DNA of 64,000 bases from Candidatus Oxydemutatoraceae bacterium (GTDB taxonomy: Bacteria > Pseudomonadota > Gammaproteobacteria > Poriferisulfidales > Oxydemutatoraceae), in the NCBI GenBank assembly GCA_965218975.1, contig OZ244717.1, forward strand, positions 1,472,001-1,536,000, read 5' to 3'. This document shows positions 42,060 to 53,980 of this stretch, piece by piece. A model generated the notes under the pieces. The model searched no databases and was not told the origin of the DNA. It worked only from the letters and a program-made list of their open reading frames with translations. The stretch's first letter is position 1; the number at the start of each line of letters is the position of its first letter. A program made the translations under genes and the position numbers.

Positions 42060-43297
42060 ATACTTTTAAACAGCAAAGACCCGTTCGTACCACCAAAACC
42101 AAATGAATTTGACAACGCGGCGGAAGTGCGGATATCGCGCGCCGTATTTGGCACGTAGTCAAGGTCGCAATCAGGGTCCGGATTTTCCAGATTAATCGTA
42201 GGAGGAGCAATTTGCTTATATAGCGAGAGAATAGTAATAATCGCTTCGACACTACCAGCCGCTCCTAAGAGATGTCCGATCATGGATTTTGTTGAACTGA
42301 TTGCAATTTGATAGGCATCGCCACCAAAAGTGGTTTTAATTGCCTCAGTTTCAACTTTATCGCCTAATGGTGTGGAGGTTGCATGCGCATTGATGTAACC
42401 GACATCAACGAAGCCTCCGTCAACATTTTTCAACGCTTGGCGCATACACCGCACCGCCCCTTCTCCGCCAGGGGGAGGGGCAGTCATATGATAGGCATCG
42501 CCGGATAAACCGTAACCGGCAAGCTCGCAATAAATTTTTGCCCCGCGAGCACAGGCATACTTATACTCCTCCAGAACTACAACGCCAGCACCGTCGCCAA
42601 GAACAAAACCACTACGCTTCATGTCCCAAGGACGGCTCGCTTTCTCCGGACTATCATTGTATTCGGTCGTTAACGCGCGAGCCGAAGCAAATCCGCCGAT
42701 GGTCAATTCGGCAGTCGCCATTTCCGCACTGCCGGCAATCATCACATCTGCATCACCATAGTCAATGATCCGTGCCGCTTCGCCGATATTATGAGTGCCG
42801 GTGGTACATGCGGAAACCAAAGCAATATTAGGTCCTTTAAATCCATACTGAATCGATAAGTTGCCCCCTATCATGTTGATGATTGAAGCAGGCACAAAAA
42901 AAGGCGATATTTTCCTCGCACCTTTTTTTAAATAAGCTTGGTAGTTGGACTGAATGCAAGGTAATCCACCGATTCCGGAGCCTAACGCAACTCCAATGCG
43001 CGCCGCATTCGCATCGGTTACTTCAAGCTGTGCATCGCGAATTGCTTGAGTAGCTGCCCCAATTCCATAATGGATAAAAGTATCCATTTTTTTTTGATCT
43101 TTAAGATGAATGTAGTCATCAGGGTTAAAATCAACCACTGAACCGCCAATTTGCACCGGAAAACTTTCCGCGTCAAATGCCGAAATTTTACGTATGCCGC
43201 TGACACCGGTAACGATATTATCCCATGCATTTTTGATCGACGACCCAACAGGAGAAACAATACCTAATCCGGTAATAACAATTTTTCTATTTTTCAC
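42056..43297 (-). CDS. fabF: Beta-ketoacyl-ACP synthase II
   Basis: SACTTG, NAHATST, GHLLGAAG, SNSFGFGG. Confidence 0.96.
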   Translation of the reverse strand: MKNRKIVITGLGIVSPVGSSIKNAWDNIVTGVSGIRKISAFDAESFPVQIGGSVVDFNPDDYIHLKDQKKMDTFIHYGIGAATQAIRDAQLEVTDANAARIGVALGSGIGGLPCIQSNYQAYLKKGARKISPFFVPASIINMIGGNLSIQYGFKGPNIALVSACTTGTHNIGEAARIIDYGDADVMIAGSAEMATAELTIGGFASARALTTEYNDSPEKASRPWDMKRSGFVLGDGAGVVVLEEYKYACARGAKIYCELAGYGLSGDAYHMTAPPPGGEGAVRCMRQALKNVDGGFVDVGYINAHATSTPLGDKVETEAIKTTFGGDAYQIAISSTKSMIGHLLGAAGSVEAIITILSLYKQIAPPTINLENPDPDCDLDYVPNTARDIRTSAALSNSFGFGGTNGSLLFKSI

Positions 43298-43695
43298 GTG
43301 ATTTCGCCAATAGCATTTGTTGTAAGCAAAGTGTTGTAATTATAGTGTCATTCCATCAACGAACAAGTCCAAAGAAACATTAAGCAAAAAAATTCATCTC
43401 CGACTTTCTATCAATCAGATGGCATTCAAGCTTCTATCAGGATTAATGCCCTAACGGAACTTATTCGCACAGCCGATTCACGGTAAATTCTATGAACTGC
43501 AAAGCTTTTAGCATTTCGTAACGCAGAAGCAATTCTTCAGAATATGTATCGATAATTTGCTTATATTAATCGCGGAAGTTATTGCTTGTTAAAAATAATT
43601 GAATCCGGAAAAAAATAGAAACGGCTGTCAATACATCATCAAGAATATCGAATTCAGAAGTGAAGGTACGCGCGGGGCGCTGCAAGGAGGTCAAC

Positions 43696-43743
43696 ATGCG
43701 CAAATCACATCATTTTTACTTTCCTGCTGGGAAATTTACGTAA
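43696..43743 (+). CDS. Candidate 15-aa small ORF, antisense within the acpP-fabF spacer
   Basis: AAGGAGGT-CAAC-ATG; MRKSHHFYFPAGKFT. Confidence 0.25.
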   Translation: MRKSHHFYFPAGKFT

Positions 43744-43777
43744 GTATTTCACGCGTCAATAACTGTCGACACAGATA

Positions 43778-44017
43778 TTAACTATTTGCGTGTTCTTCAA
43801 TATACTCTACCGCTTGCTTGACCGTAGTGATTTGTTCCGCTTTTTCATCCGGAATTTCACATTCAAATTCTTCTTCAAGAGCCATAACTAGCTCAACGGT
43901 GTCCAAAGAGTCCGCCCCTAAATCATCAACAAAAGAAGCATTCTCGGTCACTTGGTTTTTTTCAACGCCAAGCTGTTCAATGATAATTTTTTTGACTCTG
44001 CCTTCGATGTCGTTCAT
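43778..44017 (-). CDS. acpP: Acyl carrier protein
   Basis: [20 protein letters not shown]. Confidence 0.98.
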   Translation of the reverse strand: MNDIEGRVKKIIIEQLGVEKNQVTENASFVDDLGADSLDTVELVMALEEEFECEIPDEKAEQITTVKQAVEYIEEHANS

Positions 44018-44484
44018 CGGATAAATTCTCCTGTGATATGGTAATGAAATTGTGTGGGTGCTAATTTTATCAAAATTTGCTGATTATTTGCATAGTACCG
44101 AATACATGCCGAATAGATGATCGATATGCAATCTAGCACATCGCCATCACATTAAAAATTTCCGGGCGTGTGTTGGATTGCAAAAATGAAAACAATTACA
44201 GGCGCCACTGTTCAATAAAAGTATGATGTATTGGCATTCTGGGATAAACACGGACTTGAATTGACTTAGGCAGTCTAAGCTTAGCCGTAGTACTGAGCAA
44301 GCATTATTGAAAAGACAAACAAGCGAGATGCGCGAAAAAAACAAAGTGCCTACCGCATAGCAATTTAGGCTTTTCATGTTAAATACTGATTTCGAACAAT
44401 TTTCAAAAATTTGTATGTTAGCGTCGCACATTATTTAACGGCGCTTGAAGCTAATATGCGGCATCATATTATTCAGACCTTATA

Positions 44485-45234
44485 TCAATACATATATAAA
44501 CCGCCGCTTACCGCTATAGTCTCGCCTGTAATATAGGCGCCTTCAGGAGAAGCAAGCAACGCCGCTACTGCGGCAACTTCATCGGCAGTACCAAAACGCT
44601 TAAGCGGTATACGCAATTTTAACTCATCGCGTAAATTTTCCGGTAAAGTTTGAGTCATATCGGTATCTATAAATCCCGGAGCGATGCAATTGACTGTAAT
44701 ATTGCGTGGGGCAAGCTCGCGCGCGAGGCTTTTAGCAAAGCCAATCATTCCGGCTTTTGCGGCAGCATAATTGCACTGTCCCGCATTCCCCATTAGACCT
44801 GATACCGAAGTGATATTAATGATTCGTCCCCAGCGCACTTTTATCATATCGTGGGCACATGCCTTGCATAAATGAAATACGGATGTAAGATTGGTTCGAA
44901 TAACCCTTTCCCAATCCTCATCACTCAGTCTGATCAGCAAATTATCTAAGGCAATTCCGGCATTGTTTATTAAAACCAATGGTTTGATATTACGTGCCTT
45001 CAATTTATCAAATAGCGCGGTTATTGATTTCGTGTTGGAAATGTCCAAAGTAAACGCCTCACCGCTTATATTGTCTTGTTGGAAAGTTTGTTGAATTGCT
45101 TCGACACCACGCTTAGTGACCGCAGTACCGTAAACCTCCATTCCTTGTTTTGCTAATTGTCGCGCTATTGCCTGCCCAATCCCGCGTGATGCTCCGGTTA
45201 CTAATGCTTGGCGTATATTCAATTCTCGTCCCAT
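44485..45234 (-). CDS. fabG: 3-oxoacyl-ACP reductase
   Basis: TGASRGIG, NNAG, YAAAK, PGFIDTDM. Confidence 0.95.
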   Translation of the reverse strand: MGRELNIRQALVTGASRGIGQAIARQLAKQGMEVYGTAVTKRGVEAIQQTFQQDNISGEAFTLDISNTKSITALFDKLKARNIKPLVLINNAGIALDNLLIRLSDEDWERVIRTNLTSVFHLCKACAHDMIKVRWGRIINITSVSGLMGNAGQCNYAAAKAGMIGFAKSLARELAPRNITVNCIAPGFIDTDMTQTLPENLRDELKLRIPLKRFGTADEVAAVAALLASPEGAYITGETIAVSGGLYMY

Positions 45235-46160
45235 CCGTCAATTGCTTCTAACGCTTTTTCAAAAGATGCGGAATCTCTGAGACTAAAAGTTTTAAAATTT
45301 CTATCAATGCGGTGCAGCAGACCGGATAATACTCGTCCCGGTCCTGCCTCAACAAAATATTCAATACCCTCTCCGCCAATATATTGGATTGTTTTGAACC
45401 ACTGCACCGGCGAATATATTTGTTCGATTAAAGCTTGCCTTATTTCATTGATAGTGTTTTTAATTGTCGCATCAATATTGCAGACTATTGGAATTTTCGG
45501 CATAACTACCGGCACTTCATTCACATATTCGGAAAACTTATCGGCAGCTTCATGCATCAAAGCACAGTGAGACGGGATGCTAACCGTCAGTAGTACGCAT
45601 TTATACGCTCCGGCTTTTTGCGCAAGTTTTATCAACTGATTCACCGCAACTTTTTCGCCGGCGACAACAATTTGTTTAGAAGAATTGAAATTGACCGCAG
45701 CAACATAAGCGTCCACTTTTTTGCACAAACTAATAACTTCCTTACTATTCAGCCCCATAATTGCTGCCATCTTCCCTGTCCCTGCCGGAACCGCATTTTG
45801 CATCAATTCGGCGCGGATATGCACTAGTTTAAGTGCGTCATGAAATTTAATTGCGCCACCACATACTAAAGCCGAATATTCTCCCAAACTATGCCCGGCA
45901 AGTATTTTAGGCAATCGATCAGATGAATTGCTCCAAATTCTCCACATCGCAATACTGGTTGTTAAAAGTATCGGTTGGGCATTGGTCGTCAGGTTCAGTT
46001 CCTCTTCCGAACCATTATTAACAAGCCTCCACAAATTCCGTGATAAAACATCCGATGCTTCCTTGAAAGTTTGACGTACTTGCTTATATTTTGTAGCAAG
46101 TTCGGACAACATATCAACGGATTGCGAACCTTGTCCGGGGAATATAAATGAGAAATCCAT
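45219..46160 (-). CDS. fabD: Malonyl-CoA:ACP transacylase
   Basis: FPGQGSQ, GHSLGE, PSHC. Confidence 0.96.
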   Translation of the reverse strand: MDFSFIFPGQGSQSVDMLSELATKYKQVRQTFKEASDVLSRNLWRLVNNGSEEELNLTTNAQPILLTTSIAMWRIWSNSSDRLPKILAGHSLGEYSALVCGGAIKFHDALKLVHIRAELMQNAVPAGTGKMAAIMGLNSKEVISLCKKVDAYVAAVNFNSSKQIVVAGEKVAVNQLIKLAQKAGAYKCVLLTVSIPSHCALMHEAADKFSEYVNEVPVVMPKIPIVCNIDATIKNTINEIRQALIEQIYSPVQWFKTIQYIGGEGIEYFVEAGPGRVLSGLLHRIDRNFKTFSLRDSASFEKALEAIDGWDEN

Positions 46161-46233
46161 TTTTGTCAGATACTTGTTTTATGTTTCCATATTAAAGATA
46201 ATGCTATCTCATTTGACGACTTGCAGAGATTAT

Positions 46234-46452
46234 ATGGCAAAAGAAGAAGATTTTGATGTCGAAGGTACCATCACGGAGTCTTTACCCAATACGATGTTCA
46301 GGGTTAAGCTGGAAAACGGGCATCTGATTACAGCGCATATGTCGGGACGAATGCGTAAACATTATATTCGTATTTTGGAAGGCGACCGTGTTACTGTCAA
46401 GATGACCCCTTATGACTTAACTAAGGGACGTATTATCTATCGTGTGAAATAA
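46234..46452 (+). CDS. infA: Translation initiation factor IF-1
   Basis: MAKEE...LPN..FRV.LENG...SGRMR...YDLTKGRI; ATG 46234. Confidence 0.97.
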   Translation: MAKEEDFDVEGTITESLPNTMFRVKLENGHLITAHMSGRMRKHYIRILEGDRVTVKMTPYDLTKGRIIYRVK

Positions 46453-46744
46453 AGATACACATTGCTAAACATACCGCAATCCGCAATCAAAATCACGCCG
46501 GGATAACGGCGGCTTCAAAACGCTTCGCTTGCTTAACATTGACTGTGCCGTTACAAAGAACTTCCATTACATCCTATCCACGTTATGTGCCCCGATGCCT
46601 GATGGATGGTACTTAAGCGTGCGAGTGTTCTCCGCAAGATATCCCTATTGCCACCCTAAGCAAATCTATTAGCAGAAGCCGGTATGCAAAATTTCCCGAC
46701 GTATGCTAAAAAGTTTTAAGGATAAACGGCATCACGTCTGCGTA

Positions 46745-49012
46745 TTATTTTTCCACATGTTTTTTTGCTGTTTTTTTAATGGTAAATACTGGTTTGCCAT
46801 TTTTCAACGTGCAACTGACATTTCCTCCATTTTTTAACTTACCGAATAATAATTCATCAAGCAATGGCTTTTTTAATGTTTCGTTTATTAACCTTTGCGT
46901 CGGTCGGGCACCTAGTTGATCGTCAAAGCCGCGCTCGACAAGCCATTCACGCAAGCGATTACTGATTTTAAGCACCACTTTTTTTTGCTCAAACTGTATC
47001 TGTAGCTGCGCGATAAATTTATTTAAAACAAGGAAAATTGTTTCTTTTGCCAAAGGCTTGAAGCTTACAATTGCATCTAGGCGATTGCGAAACTCAGGAT
47101 TAAACAGGCGTTTGATTGCTTCCATGCCATCGCTGATGGTGTGGTCAGTCTTGGTAAATCCGATATCTGCTTTACTCATTTCAAGCGCGCCGGCATTAGT
47201 TGTCATTATCAATATAGTATTGTGAAAACCAACCGTGCGCCCGCTCGCATCGGTCAGTTTGCCATAATCCATTACCTGCAACAGAAGATTAAAAATGTCC
47301 GGGTGTGCCTTCTCAATTTCATCAAGTAGCACAACCGAATATGGGTTTTTTAACACCGCATCCGATAACAAACCGTTTTGGTCAAATCCCACATAACCCG
47401 GCGGCGCTCCGATTAAACGCGAAATAGTGTGCCGTTCTATATATTCGGACATATCAAATCGCAATAACCGCATACCGGTCAATTTAGCAAGTTGTCGGGC
47501 GATTTCTGTCTTTCCGACGCCGGTAGGACCAGAAAAAAGATAACATCCGGTAGGTTTGTCCGGGTCTGCCAAACCTGAACGTGATAGCTTGATTGCCGTG
47601 ACAATTGTTTCGACAGCCTCATCCTGACCAAATACGGACATCTTCAAATTTAGTTCCAGCTTGCTCAATGTATCCGCTTCATCACCGCTAATTTCACTCA
47701 CCGGAATACGTGCCATTTTGGAGACTAAATTCTTAATATCTTGCACCCGGATAACTCTCGAAGACTTAGCATTGTCAACGTTTCGGACACGTAGCCATGC
47801 ACCGGCTTCATCAATGACGTCAATGGCTTTATCAGGCAGCGAACGTTCGTGCATATAGCGTGCGCTTAAACTAACCGCTGTATGTAACGCGCCTGTGGTG
47901 TATTTGATATTATGAAATTTTTCATAGTGAGATTTTAAGCCTTGTAAAATTTTAAAAGATTCTTCGACGGAAGGTTCTTCAATATCGATTTTTTGAAAAC
48001 GCCGTGCCAACGCATGGTCTTTTGCAAAAACATTGTGGAATTCTTTATATGTGGTTGAACCGATACAACGAATTTCATTGGAGCTCAGTAAAGGTTTAAG
48101 TAAGTTGGCCGCGTCCAACGCACTGCCGGATGCCGATCCGGTTCCAATCAAGGTATGAATTTCATCTACAAATAAAATTGCTTGTTTTTGCTGCTTAATA
48201 TACGCAAGTAATAGTTTGAAACGTTTTTCAAAATCGCCGCGGTATTTCGTTCCGGCAACCAGCCCACTTAGATCCAATGAATAAATAAACGCATCTTTAA
48301 GTAAATCGGGTACATCACCTTCTGCAATTTTTAATGCGAGACCTTCAACCAGAGCAGTTTTGCCGACACCTGCTTCGCCGACAAGTAGCGGATTGTTTTT
48401 TTGCCGGCGGCTTAAAATTTGTATCGTACGTTCAATTTCATTGTGGCGTCCGATTAACGGATCAATTTTGCCACTCAACGCTTTCTCATTTAAGTTTTCT
48501 ACCATAGTCGTAATTACTCGAGATGAAACGGTAGATTCATCTGTCTCGTTCGACGAATAATCGTATTCCAAATAATCGTCTTCGGGTTGATAATTGCTGC
48601 GCGAGATGTAATTAATGATATCGAGACGTTCGATTTGTTGCTTAGAGAGTAAATAAACCGCATACGAGTCTTGTTCGTTGAAAATTGAAATCAAAATATT
48701 TGCACCGCTGATTTCAGTTTGCGAAGAGGACTGAGCATGAAAGACGGCACGTTGCAAAACACGTTGAAAAGCTAAAGTGGGCTGAACATCCGCTTTCTGA
48801 TCGACAAGTTTGGGCACGTATTTCTCCACGTAATCTAACAGTTCGCGCTTTAATTCGTTTAAATCCGCTCCGTGCGCGGACAAAACTTCGATCACGCTTT
48901 GATTGCTTAGCAAAGCATAGAGCAAATATTCAATCGTCAGGAATTCATATTGCTTACTGCGAGCGGATTTGAACGCATTATGTAAAGTTTTTTCCAGCGC
49001 TTTATCTAACAT
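46745..49012 (-). CDS. clpA: Clp protease ATPase ClpA
   Basis: [31 protein letters not shown] loop; downstream of clpS. Confidence 0.96.
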   Translation of the reverse strand: MLDKALEKTLHNAFKSARSKQYEFLTIEYLLYALLSNQSVIEVLSAHGADLNELKRELLDYVEKYVPKLVDQKADVQPTLAFQRVLQRAVFHAQSSSQTEISGANILISIFNEQDSYAVYLLSKQQIERLDIINYISRSNYQPEDDYLEYDYSSNETDESTVSSRVITTMVENLNEKALSGKIDPLIGRHNEIERTIQILSRRQKNNPLLVGEAGVGKTALVEGLALKIAEGDVPDLLKDAFIYSLDLSGLVAGTKYRGDFEKRFKLLLAYIKQQKQAILFVDEIHTLIGTGSASGSALDAANLLKPLLSSNEIRCIGSTTYKEFHNVFAKDHALARRFQKIDIEEPSVEESFKILQGLKSHYEKFHNIKYTTGALHTAVSLSARYMHERSLPDKAIDVIDEAGAWLRVRNVDNAKSSRVIRVQDIKNLVSKMARIPVSEISGDEADTLSKLELNLKMSVFGQDEAVETIVTAIKLSRSGLADPDKPTGCYLFSGPTGVGKTEIARQLAKLTGMRLLRFDMSEYIERHTISRLIGAPPGYVGFDQNGLLSDAVLKNPYSVVLLDEIEKAHPDIFNLLLQVMDYGKLTDASGRTVGFHNTILIMTTNAGALEMSKADIGFTKTDHTISDGMEAIKRLFNPEFRNRLDAIVSFKPLAKETIFLVLNKFIAQLQIQFEQKKVVLKISNRLREWLVERGFDDQLGARPTQRLINETLKKPLLDELLFGKLKNGGNVSCTLKNGKPVFTIKKTAKKHVEK

Positions 49013-49017
49013 TAAAA

Positions 49018-49344
49018 CTATTCGGCGAGTTCCATTATGCACAGCAAAGGATGCTGCTCACTGCGCGAATAATCATTCACTCGCTTTACCCGCATTTCAG
49101 CAATCTCACGCGAGAATATTCCGCAGATACCCGCACCGGTAGAATGAATTTTTAGCATGAGCCGAGTCGCTTTTGGCGTATCCATTCTAAAAAAAATTTT
49201 GAGAATTTTTACGACAAACTCCATTGGAGTATAATCATCGTTTAGAATAATCACTTTGTACAAGGGCGGTTTGCTTAATTTCGGTTTTACCGAAGCAATT
49301 TGTACGTCGCTATCGCTTTCAATATCTTGTCGGTACTTGCTCAT
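49018..49344 (-). CDS. clpS: ClpS adaptor
   Basis: [19 protein letters not shown]. Confidence 0.96.
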   Translation of the reverse strand: MSKYRQDIESDSDVQIASVKPKLSKPPLYKVIILNDDYTPMEFVVKILKIFFRMDTPKATRLMLKIHSTGAGICGIFSREIAEMRVKRVNDYSRSEQHPLLCIMELAE

Positions 49345-49420
49345 AAAATGTATTATAGCAAAACTACTCCGAAACCAAGCCTTTTCGCCGCAACCAAAAA
49401 CAGCTGAAAACTTTGCTCCA

Positions 49421-49879
49421 ATGAGCTGGATACCTCACATTACAGTTGCAGCGATTATTGAACGAGGACAAAAATTTTTGTTGGTTAAAGAAATCGTACA
49501 AGGCCTTGAAGTTTATAATCAGCCTGCCGGACACTTGGAAGAAAGGGAAAGTTTAATTGACGCGGTTAAACGCGAAACTTTCGAAGAGACAGGAATGCAA
49601 TTTGAACCGCAATTCATTACCGGTATATATCACTATCGAGAACCTAACAGTCGCGAGACTTATTTGCGGATAGCATTCGGCGGCAGTGTAATCGCACGGA
49701 GCAAGAGTGCCATACTTGATAAAGGTATTATTGAAACAAAATGGTTGGAGTCATCCGTCATACATGGCTTATCTGTAACGCAAATGCGCAGTCCGATGGT
49801 TCTGAAATGCATCAAGGATTATATGAATAATGTGCGTTATCCGCTTCATTTATTAACTTATATCAATTGTTGCGAGTAA
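49421..49879 (+). CDS. nudJ: Nudix hydrolase NudJ-like
   Basis: [16 protein letters not shown]...A..RE..EETG, RSP.V; upstream of mnmA. Confidence 0.85.
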   Translation: MSWIPHITVAAIIERGQKFLLVKEIVQGLEVYNQPAGHLEERESLIDAVKRETFEETGMQFEPQFITGIYHYREPNSRETYLRIAFGGSVIARSKSAILDKGIIETKWLESSVIHGLSVTQMRSPMVLKCIKDYMNNVRYPLHLLTYINCCE

Positions 49880-49924
49880 TCCTCGCAGTCATTAAAGCGC
49901 ACTAATTTCATTGTCGCCAATCAG

Positions 49925-51016
49925 ATGATCGGAATAACTGCAAGCAAATTAACCGTCGCAGTCGGCATGTCCGGCGGTGTGGATTCCGCTGTTGCTGCTT
50001 GGATATTAAAACAACTTGATTACAATATCTTCGGGCTATTTATGAAGAATTGGGAAGAAGATGATAACGAAGCTTGTGCCGCCGCTGAGGACTTGAGTTA
50101 CGCTAAAGCAGTCTGCAAACAATTGGCAATTCCATTGCATGTAGTAAGTTTTTCCGCCGAATATTGGGAAATGGTTTTTCAGGTAACTTTGGCAGAATAT
50201 CAGCGCGGACGCACTCCGAATCCTGACATTTTATGTAATCGCAAAATTAAGTTTGACAAGTTTTTACATTACGCTCAATCACTAGGCGCGGACAAAATTG
50301 CTACCGGGCATTATGCAGGAATTAAACGAAAAGGACAATATTATCATTTGATAAAAAGCCAGGACCATAACAAAGATCAGACTTATTTCCTTCATCTGAT
50401 GAATCAAGAAATGCTGGGAAACAGCATATTTCCCCTATCCGATATTACAAAAGCAAATGTCCGGAAGATTGCTAAAAAACACGCTTTAAAATCGGCCGAC
50501 AGAAAAGATAGTACTGGTATTTGTTTTATCGGCGAACGACCTTTTCAGAAATTTCTTAGTCAATATTTGCCACCCCGAAAAGGACAGATTATGGATGAAA
50601 ATAAGCAGCTTATCGGCGAACACAACGGTGTTTGGTTTTATACAATCGGACAACGTCAAGGATTGGGTATCGGCGGATTAGCAAGTTCGGCAGAAGCGCC
50701 GTGGTACGTTGCCGATAAAGATCTAGCGCAAAATCGCTTGCATGTGGTACAAGGACATGATCATCCGTCGTTGCTTAAGCATAAAATCGAAGCTGAGCAA
50801 GTGCATTGGATTACGGAAGTACCATCCGATCGCACTAAACTGTATGCAAAAATCCGTCATCGTCAAATTGAGCAAGATTGTCGAATTGAACATCACGGTA
50901 ATACATTTCATGCATATTTTGATACGCCTCAATGGGGAGTTGCTCCCGGCCAATCAATCGTTTTATACGATGATAATGCTTGTATCGGCGGAGGCATCAT
51001 CTCAAAGGCGGTATGA
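49925..51016 (+). CDS. mnmA: tRNA 2-thiouridylase
   Basis: SGGVDS, TPNPDILCN, ATGHYA, KDSTGICF, PGQ. Confidence 0.97.
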   Translation: MIGITASKLTVAVGMSGGVDSAVAAWILKQLDYNIFGLFMKNWEEDDNEACAAAEDLSYAKAVCKQLAIPLHVVSFSAEYWEMVFQVTLAEYQRGRTPNPDILCNRKIKFDKFLHYAQSLGADKIATGHYAGIKRKGQYYHLIKSQDHNKDQTYFLHLMNQEMLGNSIFPLSDITKANVRKIAKKHALKSADRKDSTGICFIGERPFQKFLSQYLPPRKGQIMDENKQLIGEHNGVWFYTIGQRQGLGIGGLASSAEAPWYVADKDLAQNRLHVVQGHDHPSLLKHKIEAEQVHWITEVPSDRTKLYAKIRHRQIEQDCRIEHHGNTFHAYFDTPQWGVAPGQSIVLYDDNACIGGGIISKAV

Positions 51017-51112
51017 ATTTATTTTTAAAATCTTGTCAAAAAAATCAAACAAAAAATGAGAGTGCTGTACAATGCGCGATCACGCTCCCGCTTTAGCAGA
51101 AATAAAACACCT

Positions 51113-53758
51113 ATGAAAAATAGCTTTGATACCAAAGTACGGCTGATCGCAGGCGACAATCATTTTGAGATTTATAACCCTATCCGTATTCCGTCCGCTG
51201 AGAAATTGCCCTATTCGCTGAAGATTTTACTTGAAAATCTACTGCGCTATGAAGATGGCGAAATTGTAACCTCAACGCAAATTGAGGCATTATTGAAAGC
51301 GCATAATACTACTCATAAACCGCAAGAAATTGCATACCGCCCGGCTCGTATTCTTATGCAAGATTTTACCGGTGTTCCGGCATTGGTTGATCTTGCGGCG
51401 ATGCGTGAAGCAATGAAAGCATTAGGTAAAGACCCTCAAAAAATCAACCCGCTGCAACCGACAGAGTTGGTGATTGATCATTCGCTGCAAGTAGATTCAT
51501 TTGGTACGCCTGAAGCTTTTGACATAAATAAGAAAATTGAGTTTCAGCGGAATAAAGAGCGTTATCGTTTTCTAAAATGGGGACAATCAGCATTTTCCAA
51601 TTTTAAAGTAGTGCCGCCGGGGTCAGGCATCGTTCATCAGGTAAACATTGAATATCTTGCCCGTGTTGTATTCAATGAAAAAAAGAATGGAACTTTGATT
51701 GCCTACCCGGATACATTAGTTGGAACTGATTCGCACACCACGATGGTCAACGGTATCGGAGTACTGGGCTGGGGCGTCGGGGGAATTGAAGCTGAAGCGT
51801 CAATGCTCGGGCAAACGCTTTCGATGTTAATCCCTAAAGTCGTCGGTTTCCGTTTGGACGGCAAATTACCCGAAGGTACGACAGCAACGGATTTGGTGCT
51901 AACAATCGTGCAAATATTACGTGAATATGGCGTAGTCGGTAAGTTTGTTGAATTTTACGGGCCAGGGCTTGCTAATCTCCCGCTGGGGGACCGTTGTACC
52001 ATTGCAAACATGGCTCCTGAGTACGGTGCAACTTGCGGTATTTTTCCAATAGATGATCAGACGCTTAATTATCTTAAGCTAACCGGGCGTTCGATGGAGC
52101 ATATCGCGTTGATCGAAGCCTATGCCAAAGAGACGGGTTTATGGCACGATGACAGCCGCAAGCTACAATTTGATGAAAGGTTACAGCTTGATTTAAAAAC
52201 TGTTGTACCTAGTCTCGCCGGACCTAAGCGCCCGCAGGACCGAATTCAGTTGTCGGCGGCAAAAGAACAATTTATCACATACCTGAAGGGCATTAAAACA
52301 TCTGATAAAAACAACGGAGCAAATATCCGATTACAGAATACGGAATACCGTCTAACGGACGGAAGTGTTGTCATCGCCGCAATTACTTCATGCACCAATA
52401 CTTCGAATCCATCGGTAATGATTGCTGCGGGATTGCTGGCGAAAAAAGCGGCAGAAAAAGGATTGGCGGTAAAACCCTGGGTCAAAACTTCATTAGCGCC
52501 GGGCTCGCGCGCTGTTACCGATTACTTAAAACGGGCCGATTTAATTAAACCATTACAATCTTTGGGATTTTATGTAGTGGGGTACGGTTGCACAACCTGT
52601 ATTGGCAATTCAGGGCCTTTGCCGCCGGAAATTGATCGAACTATTGAAGAAAATGACTTAGCGGCCGCTGCTATTTTATCTGGCAACCGTAATTTTGAAG
52701 GCAGAATTCATCAGAAAGTGCGCTTGAATTACCTGGCCTCCCCTCCTTTAGTGGTTGCGTATGCGCTCGCGGGCACCATGAATTTTGATATGTATCATGA
52801 TTCATTAGGGCAAAATTCCGTCGGGGAAAAAATTTATCTGCGCGACATTTGGCCGACAACCGACGAAGTGGCAGAAATTGAGCGGCAAGTTTTATCTCCG
52901 GAACAATTCGATAGATCTTATGCACACATTTTTGACGGCGATGAACAGTGGCAAGCATTAGCTGTCGATAAAAACATATTGTTTGATTGGTCGGACTCAA
53001 CTTATATCGCCGAACCGCCTTACTTTAGAAGCGCCGCAAATGGCATGAAGAAAGATCATATCGAAAACGCACGCGTTCTTGCTTTTCTCGGCGATTCGGT
53101 CACCACCGACCACATCTCTCCGGCAGGTAGCATTCAACCGGATAGCCCGGCAGGAAAATTTTTGCAGGAACATTCCGTGCACATCAACGAATTTAATTCA
53201 TACGGGGCACGGCGCGGCAACCATCACGTGATGGTGCGTGGCACTTTTGCCAATATTCGTTTACGCAACCGATTGGTGCCGGAAGTTGAAGGCGGATATA
53301 CTCGCCATCTTCCGTCTAATGTACAGATGCCCATTTATGATACGGCAATACGTTATCATCAGGAAAATACGCCGACCATCATATTAGCAGGCAAAGAATA
53401 CGGCAGCGGGTCGTCGCGTGACTGGGCGGCAAAAGGTCCGTTTTTACAAGGCGTTCGGGCAGTTATTGCAGAAAGCTTTGAAAGAATCCACCGTTCTAAT
53501 CTAGTCGGCATGGGAATTCTTCCCTTGCAATATCAAACGCATGAAAACGCTGAAACTCTGCGGCTGAGCGGCGAAGAAATATTTCATATTAAACGGCTGC
53601 GAAACGGAGAATCTCAATTTGCCGAAGTAACAGCGCGCAAAGCAAACGATGAGCTAGTGCAGTTTATTACCCGTGTCAGGATCGATACTCCACGCGAAGA
53701 GGATTACTACAATTGCGGAGGAATACTGCCCTACGTGTTGTCCCAGTTAACGCAGTAA
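51113..53758 (+). CDS. acnA: Aconitate hydratase A
   Basis: LPYSLKILLENLLR, DSHT, AAITSCTNTSNP, CTTCIGNSG, GSSRDWAAKG. Confidence 0.97.
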   Translation: MKNSFDTKVRLIAGDNHFEIYNPIRIPSAEKLPYSLKILLENLLRYEDGEIVTSTQIEALLKAHNTTHKPQEIAYRPARILMQDFTGVPALVDLAAMREAMKALGKDPQKINPLQPTELVIDHSLQVDSFGTPEAFDINKKIEFQRNKERYRFLKWGQSAFSNFKVVPPGSGIVHQVNIEYLARVVFNEKKNGTLIAYPDTLVGTDSHTTMVNGIGVLGWGVGGIEAEASMLGQTLSMLIPKVVGFRLDGKLPEGTTATDLVLTIVQILREYGVVGKFVEFYGPGLANLPLGDRCTIANMAPEYGATCGIFPIDDQTLNYLKLTGRSMEHIALIEAYAKETGLWHDDSRKLQFDERLQLDLKTVVPSLAGPKRPQDRIQLSAAKEQFITYLKGIKTSDKNNGANIRLQNTEYRLTDGSVVIAAITSCTNTSNPSVMIAAGLLAKKAAEKGLAVKPWVKTSLAPGSRAVTDYLKRADLIKPLQSLGFYVVGYGCTTCIGNSGPLPPEIDRTIEENDLAAAAILSGNRNFEGRIHQKVRLNYLASPPLVVAYALAGTMNFDMYHDSLGQNSVGEKIYLRDIWPTTDEVAEIERQVLSPEQFDRSYAHIFDGDEQWQALAVDKNILFDWSDSTYIAEPPYFRSAANGMKKDHIENARVLAFLGDSVTTDHISPAGSIQPDSPAGKFLQEHSVHINEFNSYGARRGNHHVMVRGTFANIRLRNRLVPEVEGGYTRHLPSNVQMPIYDTAIRYHQENTPTIILAGKEYGSGSSRDWAAKGPFLQGVRAVIAESFERIHRSNLVGMGILPLQYQTHENAETLRLSGEEIFHIKRLRNGESQFAEVTARKANDELVQFITRVRIDTPREEDYYNCGGILPYVLSQLTQ

Positions 53759-53980
53759 TCAAATTTCCACATGCAATAGGGGGAAATCCGGTCTCTATTC
53801 ACTTAGGACCGTACGAGCTTAAATACTGATAGTGTAAAGATCGCTCCGGAAATCTTCGCCGGATTCCATTCTTCTTGTTTATAAAGTCTTCACAGGCAAT
53901 TATCGATATTCTCAAAAGGATTCATGGGTCTTTTATTTTCCTGAAAACGGGCCATTAAATTGTTTGGAACAAAACGTGGA

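Noticed and set aside
44147-44431. 94-aa ORF between fabG and acpP
   Set aside because: Cys/Phe-rich composition typical of random AT-rich sequence, with no clear SD or motif.
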